In this document: one piece after another, positions 1 to 8,877 of the stretch | How the letters are laid out: every line of letters starts with the position of its first letter | How positions within the stretch are numbered: position 1 is the first letter of the stretch | Source: Ignicoccus islandicus DSM 13165 | GTDB lineage: Archaea; Thermoproteota; Thermoprotei_A; Sulfolobales; Ignicoccaceae | Length of the DNA: 32,000 bases | Assembly: GCF_001481685.1 (NCBI RefSeq) | Contig: NZ_CP006867.1 | Coordinates: 1,200,001-1,232,000, forward strand | Direction of reading: 5' to 3' | Notes under the pieces: generated by a model | What the model saw: only the letters and a program-made list of their open reading frames with translations | Database searches by the model: none | Told to the model about the DNA's origin: nothing | Position numbers and translations under genes: made by a program

Positions 1-325
1 CTAGAATACCACTAGAAGACTTGAGGGAGCCCTTCAATGGTTGGACCGAGGATACTTCAACTATTTCCGATTGCTTGGGTCCGATTACCTTAACAAGTAG
101 AGTGTCTCCAAAGCGTTCGACGCTCCTCCTAACTTTTATTTTCTTCTTTTTATTACAGTTCACTGCTTGGATACTCGCAGCCGTGAGGATGGAGGACGCT
201 GCGAGGACTGGTCCTAACCACGGGAAGAAAAGTATTGCAGATGCTAGACCTATCGATGAATATAGAGCTACCTTCCTTCCATCTTCGTTTAAAGAGCACT
301 GCGCTGGTATTAGATATTCCCTCAC
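1..325 (-). CDS. Partial membrane protein; the N-terminus lies in the window and the gene runs off the left edge
   Basis: I translated the minus strand by hand. From GTG at 325-323 it is open to position 1: (M)REYLIPAQCSLNEDGRKVALYSSIGLASAILFFPWLGPVLAASSILTAASIQAVNCNKKKKIKVRRSVERFGDTLLVKVIGPKQSEIVEVSSVQPLKGSLKSSSGIL. It has a hydrophobic segment followed by a KKKKIKVRR cluster. It starts 4 nt after the PEBP stop (332-330). It is absent from the ORF track, probably because no stop falls inside the window. Confidence 0.4.
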   Translation of the reverse strand, partial: MREYLIPAQCSLNEDGRKVALYSSIGLASAILFFPWLGPVLAASSILTAASIQAVNCNKKKKIKVRRSVERFGDTLLVKVIGPKQSEIVEVSSVQPLKGSLKSSSGIL

Positions 326-329
326 TCTC

Positions 330-887
330 TTACTTCACCCCGAACTTACCTATCACATACCCTAGGGCCAGTGAGTGATTAGTAAGGAACTCTGTTAAGT
401 TGTTCGTCTCCAATTCACACGTATCCAATGCTATTACTAAGAAGTAATATCTGTGAACTTCTCCTTTAGGAGGGCACACGGGAAACCAACCTTTTTTCAA
501 TGCACTATTATAATAAACTTTAACAACGTTCCCATGCGCATCTACTAATTCGAATAGATGAAAGAACGTTCCGCCTCTAGTATCTGGGTCGAAAACTATT
601 ACAGCGTAACACGGGGCATCGTCATACCTACTCCATGAAATCTTAGGAACGCTTGCGTTACCGTAACACGTAAACTCCTTCTTTATAAATCCATTGGAGA
701 TCGCGTCCGTCTTAACTTCTATTAGCGGAAGTCTTGTCTTCTTTATAAAGGCCCTTATATTTTCGTCGCTTATCTCTATGTACTTTGTTTTAATCGATAA
801 CGAATATAGTTGATAGAACGCAAAGAGCGCTATACCAGCTACAACAACTATTAAAGCAATTGACTTCCTTTCAACTCTCAAGTTCAT
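330..887 (-). CDS. PEBP family (phosphatidylethanolamine-binding / YbhB-YbcL-like) protein with an N-terminal membrane anchor
   Basis: PEBP signatures are present: VFDPDTRGGTFFH (DPD..H) and GEVHRYYFLVIALD (HRY motif). There is an N-terminal hydrophobic helix, IALIVVVAGIALFAF. Confidence 0.8.
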   Translation of the reverse strand: MNLRVERKSIALIVVVAGIALFAFYQLYSLSIKTKYIEISDENIRAFIKKTRLPLIEVKTDAISNGFIKKEFTCYGNASVPKISWSRYDDAPCYAVIVFDPDTRGGTFFHLFELVDAHGNVVKVYYNSALKKGWFPVCPPKGEVHRYYFLVIALDTCELETNNLTEFLTNHSLALGYVIGKFGVK

Positions 888-968
888 TTCGCTTTCACTG
901 TAACGACCTACGCGAAAAGCGATAATAATATCTTTGCAGAACTTCAGAAACGGAAGGTGTCAATCGTA

Positions 969-1994
969 ATGTCTTTCCCTTACTTGAGACCAAGGAGACT
1001 TAGGAAGAACTTATACTTACGAGACTTAGTAGCTGAAACTAGGGTTTCTCCCCGGGATTTCATATTTCCGATCTTCGTAAAAGAGGGAATAAGTGAGCCG
1101 GAACCAATAAACAGCATGCCCGGTCAGTATAGGTGGCCTGTAGAAAAAGTTACAAAGATAGTATCTGATGCGTTGGAACTCGGTGTAAGAAACGTACTTA
1201 TTTTCGGTATACCTTCGTACAAGGACGAGCTCGGCTCCTCGGCCTATTCTAAAGACGGAGTGGTTCAGCGCGCCGTCAAGAAGATAAGGAAGGAATTTGG
1301 CGACGAAGTCGTAATACACACGGACGTATGCCTATGTCACTACACCACTCACGGTCACTGTGGCTTGTTAACTAGGAAATGCGTAGGCGATTTCTGCAGA
1401 GACGTTATAGACAACGACTCAACTATAGAGCTCCTAGGTAAGGTAGCGGTTACTCACGCTGAGGCCGGTGCGGATGTAGTAGCTCCGTCTTCAATGATGG
1501 ATGGTATGGTAAGGACAATTCGAAAGGCTCTCGACGAAGCCGGGTTTACCGATGTTGCGATAATGAGTTACGCAGCTAAGTACGCAAGTGCCTTCTATGG
1601 ACCCTTTAGGGAAGCTGCTGATAACGCTCCGCAGAAGGGCGATAGGAGAACGTATCAGATGGATCCGCGTAACGGCGAAGAAGCGATAAAGGAAGTTGCT
1701 TTGGACGTTGAAGAAGGCGCTGACATACTGATGGTAAAACCGGCCCTGGCCTACCTAGATGTGATAAGGCGCGTAAGGGAAGCCTTCCCGCATTACCCGT
1801 TAGCGGCTTACAACGTTAGTGGAGAGTATTCCATGGTTAAAGTAGCTGCCGCCAACGGACTCGTTGACGAGAAAAAGATCATCTTAGAGATACTACACGC
1901 AATAAAGAGGGCCGGTGCGAACGTGATAATTACTTATCATGCATTAGAGGCCGCGCAATGGCTTAAAGAAGGGTTGGATAGGGAACTTTTCTAA
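969..1994 (+). CDS. hemB: Porphobilinogen synthase (delta-aminolevulinate dehydratase), Zn-type
   Basis: N-terminal FPYLRPRRLRKN. Cys-rich Zn site DVCLCHYTTHGHCG. Schiff-base Lys context ADILMVKPA. Also YNVSGEY. The ORF opens at GTG 957, but ATG 969 is preceded by GGAAGGTG about 10 nt upstream and gives the usual N-terminus. Confidence 0.93.
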   Translation: MSFPYLRPRRLRKNLYLRDLVAETRVSPRDFIFPIFVKEGISEPEPINSMPGQYRWPVEKVTKIVSDALELGVRNVLIFGIPSYKDELGSSAYSKDGVVQRAVKKIRKEFGDEVVIHTDVCLCHYTTHGHCGLLTRKCVGDFCRDVIDNDSTIELLGKVAVTHAEAGADVVAPSSMMDGMVRTIRKALDEAGFTDVAIMSYAAKYASAFYGPFREAADNAPQKGDRRTYQMDPRNGEEAIKEVALDVEEGADILMVKPALAYLDVIRRVREAFPHYPLAAYNVSGEYSMVKVAAANGLVDEKKIILEILHAIKRAGANVIITYHALEAAQWLKEGLDRELF

Positions 1995-2044
1995 TGCTCA
2001 CTAACCAAATTTAAACTTCCAAAAAGTAACTCTGGTGATAGAAG

Positions 2045-2746
2045 ATGAAGGCTCTAATTCTGGCGGGAGGGTTCGGTAAGAGACTAATGCCCCTCACTTC
2101 CGAGAGACCGAAACCAATGATAGAAATAGCGGGCAAACCCATTTTGGTATGGCAAATAGAACTTCTTAAAAGAAATAACATCAAGAACGTGGTAGTTACC
2201 ATTGCCCACCTAAAGGAGGTAGTCATTAGAGAACTCGGGAGTGGTCACAAGTACGGCGTTAGCTTAGCCTATGTAGTAGAGGACGAACCCCTAGGTACGG
2301 GCGGGGCTATAGCTAACGCTAAGAGCGTATTAGAGGGAGAGGAGAAGTTCGTTGTTATGAATGGCGATATAATAACTAACTTGAACGTGTCTAAACTCTG
2401 TGAAGAATTAAAAGGAGATTTAGTAGGTACCATGGCCCTAGTCCCACTTCCGTCTCCCTATGGAATAGTCGTGTTCGATGAGAACTACAAGATAAAGGAG
2501 TTCAGAGAGAAGCCTAGGTTAGAGGACTATTACATAAACGCTGGAGTTTATTGTTTCACTAACGAAATATTTGACTACTTACCCAATACTGGAGATATCG
2601 AGAAGACCTCCTTCCCCAGACTGGCACGAGAAGGTAAGTTAAAGGCCGTAGTATTCAAAGACGTTTACTGGAAGAGTATAGACACGTATAAGGACGTCGA
2701 AGAAGCCGATAAATACCTGAGGGAAAACGAGTTATTTAGTGAATGA
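2045..2746 (+). CDS. Sugar-phosphate nucleotidyltransferase (NTP-transferase family, e.g. mannose-1-P guanylyl- or glucose-1-P thymidylyl-transferase-like)
   Basis: N-terminal MKALILAGGFGKRLMPLTSERPKPM (G-x-G-x-R-L signature) and EPLGTGGAI. GGTGAT Shine-Dalgarno about 8 nt upstream. Confidence 0.85.
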   Translation: MKALILAGGFGKRLMPLTSERPKPMIEIAGKPILVWQIELLKRNNIKNVVVTIAHLKEVVIRELGSGHKYGVSLAYVVEDEPLGTGGAIANAKSVLEGEEKFVVMNGDIITNLNVSKLCEELKGDLVGTMALVPLPSPYGIVVFDENYKIKEFREKPRLEDYYINAGVYCFTNEIFDYLPNTGDIEKTSFPRLAREGKLKAVVFKDVYWKSIDTYKDVEEADKYLRENELFSE

Positions 2747-2749
2747 GGA

Positions 2750-2947
2750 ATGGCATGCGAAGCGAGAGGGAGCGTTTTCGCTATATTGCTGTCTCTGAGT
2801 CTCTCATCAGCTTTCCTCTATGTAACGGCGTTATCTCTTCTGCAAATGAGTTTAGAGCCACTCGTCCTTTCGATGGGAGCTTTACCAATCTTAGGAATGC
2901 TTTTCGCCTTAGTACTAACGTTCACGTTATTTCAAACATGTAAGTAA
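2750..2947 (+). CDS. Small hypothetical membrane protein (about 2 TM)
   Basis: 65 aa, mostly hydrophobic (FAILLSLSLSSAFLYVTALSLL, ALPILGMLFALVLTFTLF). The ATG lies 3 nt after the upstream stop. I recognise no family. Confidence 0.35.
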   Translation: MACEARGSVFAILLSLSLSSAFLYVTALSLLQMSLEPLVLSMGALPILGMLFALVLTFTLFQTCK

Positions 2948-2985
2948 TTTTACTGAGAGTTTGTCGAAAGTTTTCGGGAAATGCC

Positions 2986-3189
2986 GTGAACGCTAAGTGT
3001 TATTTCCTCATTATGTCGGTTTCTATTCCGCTCTCAGTAACGCTGGCAGTAAGTGCAATGATTTACCTTATTGTTGGAATGAACGTAACTGATCCGTTAT
3101 ATGTTACAATCGCAACGCTACTTCTCTCGATACTCAGCGCAGTTTTGTCTTACGGAGCAATTGCTCTAGGTGCATCAAGTTGCCAATGA
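2986..3189 (+). CDS. Small hypothetical membrane protein (about 2 TM)
   Basis: 67 aa with a GTG start and two hydrophobic stretches. Its end overlaps the start of the next gene by 10 nt. Confidence 0.35.
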   Translation: MNAKCYFLIMSVSIPLSVTLAVSAMIYLIVGMNVTDPLYVTIATLLLSILSAVLSYGAIALGASSCQ

Positions 3190-3629
3190 GGAAGAACATT
3201 TCGGTTATTGATGCGATTACATTCATTTATGGAGTTAAGGTAGAATGTAAGGAGCTAGAAGAAGTTAGAGTGAAGTATTCGAAGACGGGAATGCCTAGGT
3301 ACATTATAGATCGAAATGGAAAGAGGCTCTTTACTGTTAGGTCATCGGACGGACTCCTAACTCTCTCTGAAGAATCTGCTAAGATACTATTCGATTGTTT
3401 GCCCGGAAAGGTCGGCAAGGTTTACGTTACTGAGCTACCGACAAAGACGGTTTTCAATAAACACGTCGTGGATGCAGACGAAAACTTGCTTAGGGGCGTA
3501 GACGCTTTAATAGTGAAGGACGATGAACTTATTGCATATGGTAGAACTGTCGTAAGTGGAAGGGAAATGATAACCCTTAACATGGGCGAGGCGATTAAAG
3601 TTCGGGGGAAGTTGGATTGGCGAAAGTGA
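3180..3629 (+). CDS. PUA-domain RNA-binding protein
   Basis: The C-terminal half, HVVDADENLLRGVDALIVKDDELIAYGRTVVSGREMITLNMGEAIKVR, resembles the PUA fold pattern seen in archaeosine-TGT C-terminal-like proteins. Assigned by eye only. Confidence 0.5.
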   Translation: MPMRKNISVIDAITFIYGVKVECKELEEVRVKYSKTGMPRYIIDRNGKRLFTVRSSDGLLTLSEESAKILFDCLPGKVGKVYVTELPTKTVFNKHVVDADENLLRGVDALIVKDDELIAYGRTVVSGREMITLNMGEAIKVRGKLDWRK

Positions 3630-4348
3630 AGTTCGTACCTACTGAGGCTGCTAAGGAGAGTTACGAAGGAGCTTACTTGGTTACAGGCTTCATGGGCTTT
3701 GGATTCGTGGGTGCTCTCTCGACTGAATACCTTGTCGAGAAATTGGACATGGTCAAAGTAGGATTCTTCATAACTAAGTACACACCAGACCAAGTCTCGT
3801 ATTCTGAGAAGTATTCATTAGAGCTCCCCTTTGAGCTATACTACCACGAGAAGTCTAACTTGTTGGTCCTCTTGAACAGGTGGATTCCTCATGAAGTAGA
3901 GAAGTTTAGATACGCTCAATTCGTCGTTAAATGGGCTAAGAAGAACGGTGTGAAAGCGATATACGGTCTAGGTGGTCTCGATAGCTCCTTTAAAGAAGAG
4001 CCATCCGAAACCTTGAGATGGGTTAAGACTAGCTACTACAATGGCCCCTTACCGCAAGCGAAACCGATGGTAGGAGGCTTGAAGGTAATTGGACCATTAG
4101 CGCATCTACTCATTGCATCAGAAATAGAGAAGTTCCCGATGTTAGCCCTCTTACCCTATTGTGAATCAGCGAGTAGGCAAGACCCTCGAGCGTCAGCTAT
4201 CGGAATAACGGAACTTGCGAAGTTGATTAAACTAGAAGTGGACGTTAGTGACTTATTTGCGAAGGCCGAGAACATGGAAAAGGAGATGGAGAAGCTGAAG
4301 AAGATACTTGAAATGAGTGTCTCAAAGAAAGATTCGTATTACATCTAG
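3617..4348 (+). CDS. PAC2-family (proteasome assembly chaperone-like) protein
   Basis: The N-terminal pattern GAYLVTGFMGFGFVGALSTEYLVEKL, the size (243 aa) and an acidic/coiled C-terminus fit archaeal PAC2 family members. Recognised from memory and not verified. Confidence 0.55.
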   Translation: MAKVKFVPTEAAKESYEGAYLVTGFMGFGFVGALSTEYLVEKLDMVKVGFFITKYTPDQVSYSEKYSLELPFELYYHEKSNLLVLLNRWIPHEVEKFRYAQFVVKWAKKNGVKAIYGLGGLDSSFKEEPSETLRWVKTSYYNGPLPQAKPMVGGLKVIGPLAHLLIASEIEKFPMLALLPYCESASRQDPRASAIGITELAKLIKLEVDVSDLFAKAENMEKEMEKLKKILEMSVSKKDSYYI

Positions 4349-4917
4349 CGAAGTTTCTTAAATATCTCTTCTCGGAGTCTTTCTTCGTAACTCTTAGGAC
4401 ATTCCAGTTGTGAGAAGGGGTAAGCTACTTCCAAGCCCTTAGGAATTTCGAGCCCACAATTTATCTTGAGCTTCTCACCTTCTATTAATTGAGCTCTTTT
4501 GAGTTTAGTTATCAAGAAATGAATTGAAGGTGATAGTTCGTCTGCTATGAATAGTGCTCTATCGTAACTGTAGTCCGGGCACTCGAGTTCTAGGTTTTTG
4601 AGCATTTCGAGACCGTGTGAGGTCATTCTGCATCTGTAATCTACAACTTGGAACGCTCTTCCTATAGGTATTAGGCTTACCATCTCCTTGACAGCTTCTC
4701 TAACTTCGTTACTAGAGGTGAGTACCACGTTCGCGTCCCCTCTTAATAACGCCACGAGGGCTTCGCAAGGAGAGTTCGTTTCAATACATTTGAACTCGCT
4801 ACATAGCTTATCTCTAAGAGGATCTGTGGGATAAATAGCCAACGGAAGTTCCACATTTAGGTCCTTGACTACCATTAACAGAGCGCCACATTGAGCGTGC
4901 TTTATCGATACTTGCAT
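4345..4917 (-). CDS. Hypothetical protein (Cys-containing, no recognised family)
   Basis: A 190-aa ORF with typical local composition. It is convergent with the PAC2 gene and overlaps it by 4 nt. Confidence 0.5.
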   Translation of the reverse strand: MQVSIKHAQCGALLMVVKDLNVELPLAIYPTDPLRDKLCSEFKCIETNSPCEALVALLRGDANVVLTSSNEVREAVKEMVSLIPIGRAFQVVDYRCRMTSHGLEMLKNLELECPDYSYDRALFIADELSPSIHFLITKLKRAQLIEGEKLKINCGLEIPKGLEVAYPFSQLECPKSYEERLREEIFKKLR

Positions 4918-4934
4918 GATCTGAAGTTCCCGCT

Positions 4935-5273
4935 TCAGACTATGTGCTTCAAGCAGATATAGTACTTCTTGCCGTACTCGAACGATTCATTTTTGTCGCC
5001 ATGGAGGACCACTAAAAATCCACCAATAGAGAAGAATTTCCTCTCTCCCTCGTCTTTATAGAACATGCCTATTCCACATAGGTCCTTCCCATCCTTATAT
5101 TCGGGCAAGTTTTCTGAAATCTCAAAGATTCCTTGCTCTCCTTCAAAGAAGTTAAGAAGTTCATCGTGAACCATCATTTCAACCTTTCTTCCATCTTGGC
5201 ATTCGAACGTTAGTACGTTTACAGAAGGTATCTTAGACCTCTCAATTTTTGAGACTTTGCCATCGCACTTCAT
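4935..5273 (-). CDS. rpo8: RNA polymerase subunit Rpo8 (RpoG, Rpb8 homologue)
   Basis: 112 aa. FSIGGFLVVLHGD matches the Rpb8/Rpo8 GGLL(M/V) strand. DLCGIGMFY and the C-terminal KKYYICLKHIV parallel Sulfolobus RpoG (DFCGHGYIV and HVYFCVKK) as I recall it. Confidence 0.62.
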   Translation of the reverse strand: MKCDGKVSKIERSKIPSVNVLTFECQDGRKVEMMVHDELLNFFEGEQGIFEISENLPEYKDGKDLCGIGMFYKDEGERKFFSIGGFLVVLHGDKNESFEYGKKYYICLKHIV

Positions 5274-5388
5274 TCATCCCGCTCCCATATCCACCCCCTC
5301 TGACTTATTCAAAAAAGTAAACCTCGAGCTATACTATAAGAGAAAAGGACAGAAAAACTAAGTCTAGAATCCATCCTCTCGAGGACCC

Positions 5389-6333
5389 GTGTGGAAAAAG
5401 ATCACAGTTGGTATTGCACTGACGACGTTGATTCTATTCGCTTACGTTAAGTTGACTAATGCAGACGTAAGCGTATTACTTAAGATAAATCCTCTAGTAC
5501 TATTAGCATCATCCTTCTTCGTTATCATTTCGGACATTGTGAGAGCGTATCGCTTGAAGGTATTAAGTAACTACGTTAAGTCCGGATTGAGCTTTAAGGA
5601 ATCAGTGATAATTTGGGAAGCGAGTAGGCTCTTCGCCCTATTGACCCCCGGATTCTACGGAGGTGAAGTGCTAAGGATAGGTTATATTGCAAAGAAGTAC
5701 GATTTGGCTAAGGGAATTGTTGTTAACGTGTTGGAAGTGACTTCAGAAAGCGCTGCCATTAGCGTAAATGCAATCCTTTCGTTTATTTTATTAAGTTCGT
5801 TCTTTGACTCAACGGTCAACGTTGCGTCGCTTACTTTCTCGCTCTTAATATCTGCTTTCTTGCTCGCTGTATCAGTATTGGTTCAATTAACTAAAAGGTG
5901 CCCGGGCAAACCCGAAAAACTCAAGAAATACTGCTTACCTCTCCTCGAGGCGTTTGAGGTCGCTGGCTTGGAAGCGTTCGGTGCAGCGTTTGCAATCTCC
6001 TTGGTAGGTGTGGTTATCTACGTATTCTCTATAGCTACCATAGCGCAAGCACTAAACGTTAATGCTTTCGTTGCCGCTTTAGTGTTCGCTTGTAGTCTAC
6101 CAGCAACAGCCATTCCAATAACTCCAGGGGGGATCGGTCTTCCGGAAGCAATTGCGACCCTTGCCCTTCCAAATGCTTCTTCGGTTCTAATAGCTTGGAG
6201 GCTTCTCAACATATTGACTGTTCTAGCCTCGTCTCTTTTCGTGTTATCAATCTATGGCCGCGAAATTGTCTCCTATTTAAGGAATGAAGACTTCAAAGGA
6301 TCTTCTGGGAAAGAATTAAGGTGTGAAATATAG
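5389..6333 (+). CDS. UPF0104 / lysyl-phosphatidylglycerol-synthase-TM-like (flippase-like) integral membrane protein
   Basis: Polytopic membrane protein with a C-proximal motif IPITPGGIGLPEA, typical of the UPF0104 family. GTG start. Confidence 0.6.
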   Translation: MWKKITVGIALTTLILFAYVKLTNADVSVLLKINPLVLLASSFFVIISDIVRAYRLKVLSNYVKSGLSFKESVIIWEASRLFALLTPGFYGGEVLRIGYIAKKYDLAKGIVVNVLEVTSESAAISVNAILSFILLSSFFDSTVNVASLTFSLLISAFLLAVSVLVQLTKRCPGKPEKLKKYCLPLLEAFEVAGLEAFGAAFAISLVGVVIYVFSIATIAQALNVNAFVAALVFACSLPATAIPITPGGIGLPEAIATLALPNASSVLIAWRLLNILTVLASSLFVLSIYGREIVSYLRNEDFKGSSGKELRCEI

Positions 6334-6387
6334 GACTAAAATTATATATACAAAGCTCTGCTATCAGATAGATTGAGGTAAGGGCTT

Positions 6388-8322
6388 TTGGAGGAATCCA
6401 AGAACGTTCTGCCTATAACTCAAGGCGTTGTTCCGACCGGCAAGCTCAAAGAAATGAGAAAGAGGGCCCTAGAAGATCCTGAGGGCTTCTGGTCAGAGAT
6501 AGCCAACGAATTGTACTGGAAGAAGGGCTGGGAGAAAGTAATTGATGGAGAAGCTCCGTACTTCAAGTGGTTCGTTGGAGGTAAAACTAACCTCTCTTAC
6601 AACGCCCTCGACAGACACGTAAAGAGTTGGAGGAAGAACAAGGCCGCAATTATATGGGAGGGCGAGCCTGGTGACGTTCGCGTATTGACCTATTATCAAC
6701 TATGGAAAGAAGTAAATAAGTTTGCTAACGTACTTAAGGACTTAGGCGTAAAGAAAGGTGATAGAGTAACAATTTACATGCCTATGGTACCTGAAGCAGT
6801 AGTAGCTATGCTCGCCACTGTTAGAATAGGTGCTATTCACAGCGTCGTGTTCTCTGGCTTTTCTGCAAAGGGTCTCGCGGAGAGGATAAACGACGCTCAA
6901 GCGAAAGTAGTCATTACTGCTGATGGAATGTGGAGGAGAGGTAAGAAGCTAAACTTGAAGGACATCGTCGATAAGGCCCTACAAGAAACGCCTTCAGTGG
7001 AGAGCGTTGTCGTCTACAACAGGTTAGGTCTGGAAGTGAACATGGAGGAAGGCAGAGACTACAAGTGGGACGACTTAATGGAAGGCGCCAAGACTTACGC
7101 CGAACCCGAGTGGGTTGAGAGCGAACATCCCTCCTTCATTCTATACACTTCCGGTACAACCGGTAAGCCTAAGGGAATCATTCACGACACAGGAGGTTAC
7201 ATGGTCGGCGTCTACGCTACTATGAAATGGGTATTTGACATAAGGGACGATGACATCCACTGGTGTACGGCCGATATCGGTTGGATCACCGGCCACTCCT
7301 ATGTGGTGTACGGTCCGCTTCTACACGGAGCCACGACCTTAATGTACGAGGGAGCGCCGGACTACCCTAAGCCGGATCGCTGGTGGAGCATCGTAGAGAA
7401 GTACGGTGTAACTACCTTGTATACTGCACCTACTGCAATAAGGATGTTCATGAGGTATGGCGAAAAGTGGGTCGAGAAACACGATCTGAGCTCGCTAAGA
7501 TTGCTGGGAAGCGTAGGTGAGCCTATAAACCCAGAGGCTTGGTGGTGGTACTATAAGTACATAGGTAAAGAGAAGTGTCCGATCGTTGACACGTGGTGGC
7601 AGACTGAAACTGGTCACATAATGATAAGCCCGGTTCCTGGAATAGAATTAGTGCCCTTGAAGCCAGGTTCCGCTACTTATCCGCTACCCGGCATTGATGC
7701 AGAAGTCGTAGATGAGAACGGTAATCCAGTACCACCCAACACTAGAGGTTACCTCGTAATAAGGAGGCCATGGCCCGGTATGCTCCACGGTATCTGGGGC
7801 GATCCGGAGAGGTACGTTAGGACTTACTGGAGCAAGTTCCCTGGAATGTACTTTACCGGAGACTATGCAATGAAGGACAACGACGGCTACTTCTGGATCT
7901 TAGGTAGAGCTGACGACGTAATTAAAGTGGCCGGTCACAGACTAGGTACCTTAGAGTTAGAGAGCGCGTTCGTCGCGCACCCAGCGGTATCCGAAGCAGC
8001 AGTAGTTGCCAAGCCTCATCCAGTTAAGGGAGAGGCAATAGTTGCTTTCGTCACCCTAAAGGAAGGATACCAACCCAGTGACGAGCTAAGGGAGGAGTTA
8101 AGGAAATGGATTAGGGACACAATAGGTCCCGTAGCCACGCCCGAAGAGATACACTTCGTAAGCAAGCTGCCCAAGACTAGGAGCGGAAAGATAATGAGAA
8201 GGGTCCTAAGAGCCGTAATAACTGGTCAACAACTGGGCGACCTCAGTACTCTCGAGGACGAGGCCTCTGTCGAGGAAGTGAAGAGAGCTGTCGAACAACT
8301 GAGAAAGGACTTGGGACTCTAG
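6388..8322 (+). CDS. acs: Acetyl-CoA synthetase (AMP-forming)
   Basis: [14 protein letters not shown]-binding motif, WWQTETG, YFTGDYA, and C-terminal [11 protein letters not shown] catalytic Lys. 644 aa, full length. TTG start with GAGGT upstream. Confidence 0.95.
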   Translation: MEESKNVLPITQGVVPTGKLKEMRKRALEDPEGFWSEIANELYWKKGWEKVIDGEAPYFKWFVGGKTNLSYNALDRHVKSWRKNKAAIIWEGEPGDVRVLTYYQLWKEVNKFANVLKDLGVKKGDRVTIYMPMVPEAVVAMLATVRIGAIHSVVFSGFSAKGLAERINDAQAKVVITADGMWRRGKKLNLKDIVDKALQETPSVESVVVYNRLGLEVNMEEGRDYKWDDLMEGAKTYAEPEWVESEHPSFILYTSGTTGKPKGIIHDTGGYMVGVYATMKWVFDIRDDDIHWCTADIGWITGHSYVVYGPLLHGATTLMYEGAPDYPKPDRWWSIVEKYGVTTLYTAPTAIRMFMRYGEKWVEKHDLSSLRLLGSVGEPINPEAWWWYYKYIGKEKCPIVDTWWQTETGHIMISPVPGIELVPLKPGSATYPLPGIDAEVVDENGNPVPPNTRGYLVIRRPWPGMLHGIWGDPERYVRTYWSKFPGMYFTGDYAMKDNDGYFWILGRADDVIKVAGHRLGTLELESAFVAHPAVSEAAVVAKPHPVKGEAIVAFVTLKEGYQPSDELREELRKWIRDTIGPVATPEEIHFVSKLPKTRSGKIMRRVLRAVITGQQLGDLSTLEDEASVEEVKRAVEQLRKDLGL

Positions 8323-8368
8323 ATCTTTCTTTTGAGCTAAACTAAATTACCCTTTTCTCCTTCTATTT

Positions 8369-8812
8369 TTGGGGTTAAGTGAGTTGAACGGTAAGATCAC
8401 AGTAAAGGACGTCATGAGTACTCCAGTAGAGGTAATTAGGGATTCAGCGAGCATTAGAGAAGCTGCTCAGAGAATGATTGAAAGTGGAATAGGCAGCTTA
8501 ATAGTTATCAACGATGAAGGCGAAGCCTTAGGCATTGTTACTGAGAGAGACATAGTACGCGCAGTAGCTGAAGGGATGGACTTAGACTCGCCAGTATCTA
8601 GTCTAATGAGTGAGGAGCTCTTAACCGTAGAGCCTACTACAAGCGTGTTAAAGGCACTTGAAATGATGAAAGCACATGGAGTAAGACACCTTCCGGTCGT
8701 CGAAGGCGATGAAATAGTGGGCCTAATTTCTCTAAGGGACCTAGCGTTCGCAGCAGCCACTGAGATGTTAATAAACAGGCTCTTACATACTCTCAAAGAA
8801 GAATTAGAGTAG
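8369..8812 (+). CDS. CBS-domain pair protein
   Basis: Two CBS repeats: VKDVMSTPVEVI..IGSLIVINDEGEALGIVTERDIVRA and LMSEELLTVEP..HGVRHLPVVEGDEIVGLISLRDL. Confidence 0.8.
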   Translation: MGLSELNGKITVKDVMSTPVEVIRDSASIREAAQRMIESGIGSLIVINDEGEALGIVTERDIVRAVAEGMDLDSPVSSLMSEELLTVEPTTSVLKALEMMKAHGVRHLPVVEGDEIVGLISLRDLAFAAATEMLINRLLHTLKEELE

Positions 8813-8877
8813 ATTCGAAATCTTAACCCCAATACCTATAACAAAAATATGTCTCTTTAAACTATAGGATGTAAAAA

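Noticed and set aside
21-365. 114-aa plus-strand ORF from the track
   Set aside because: It has a TTG start and a low-complexity hydrophobic sequence, and it overlaps the PEBP gene's 3' end. It lies antisense to a more convincing minus-strand frame that follows PEBP by 4 nt, so it is probably a shadow ORF.
1026-3793. Minus-strand ORFs 1026-1319, 2011-2226, 3227-3418 and 3422-3793, and plus-strand ORF 2743-2943
   Set aside because: They overlap well-supported genes (hemB, the nucleotidyltransferase, the PUA and PAC2 genes) or are an alternative frame of a better membrane ORF. None has a recognisable motif.
8467-8832. 121-aa minus-strand ORF
   Set aside because: It is antisense to the CBS-domain gene, which has two clear CBS repeats. 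The sequence is Ser-rich and low-complexity.
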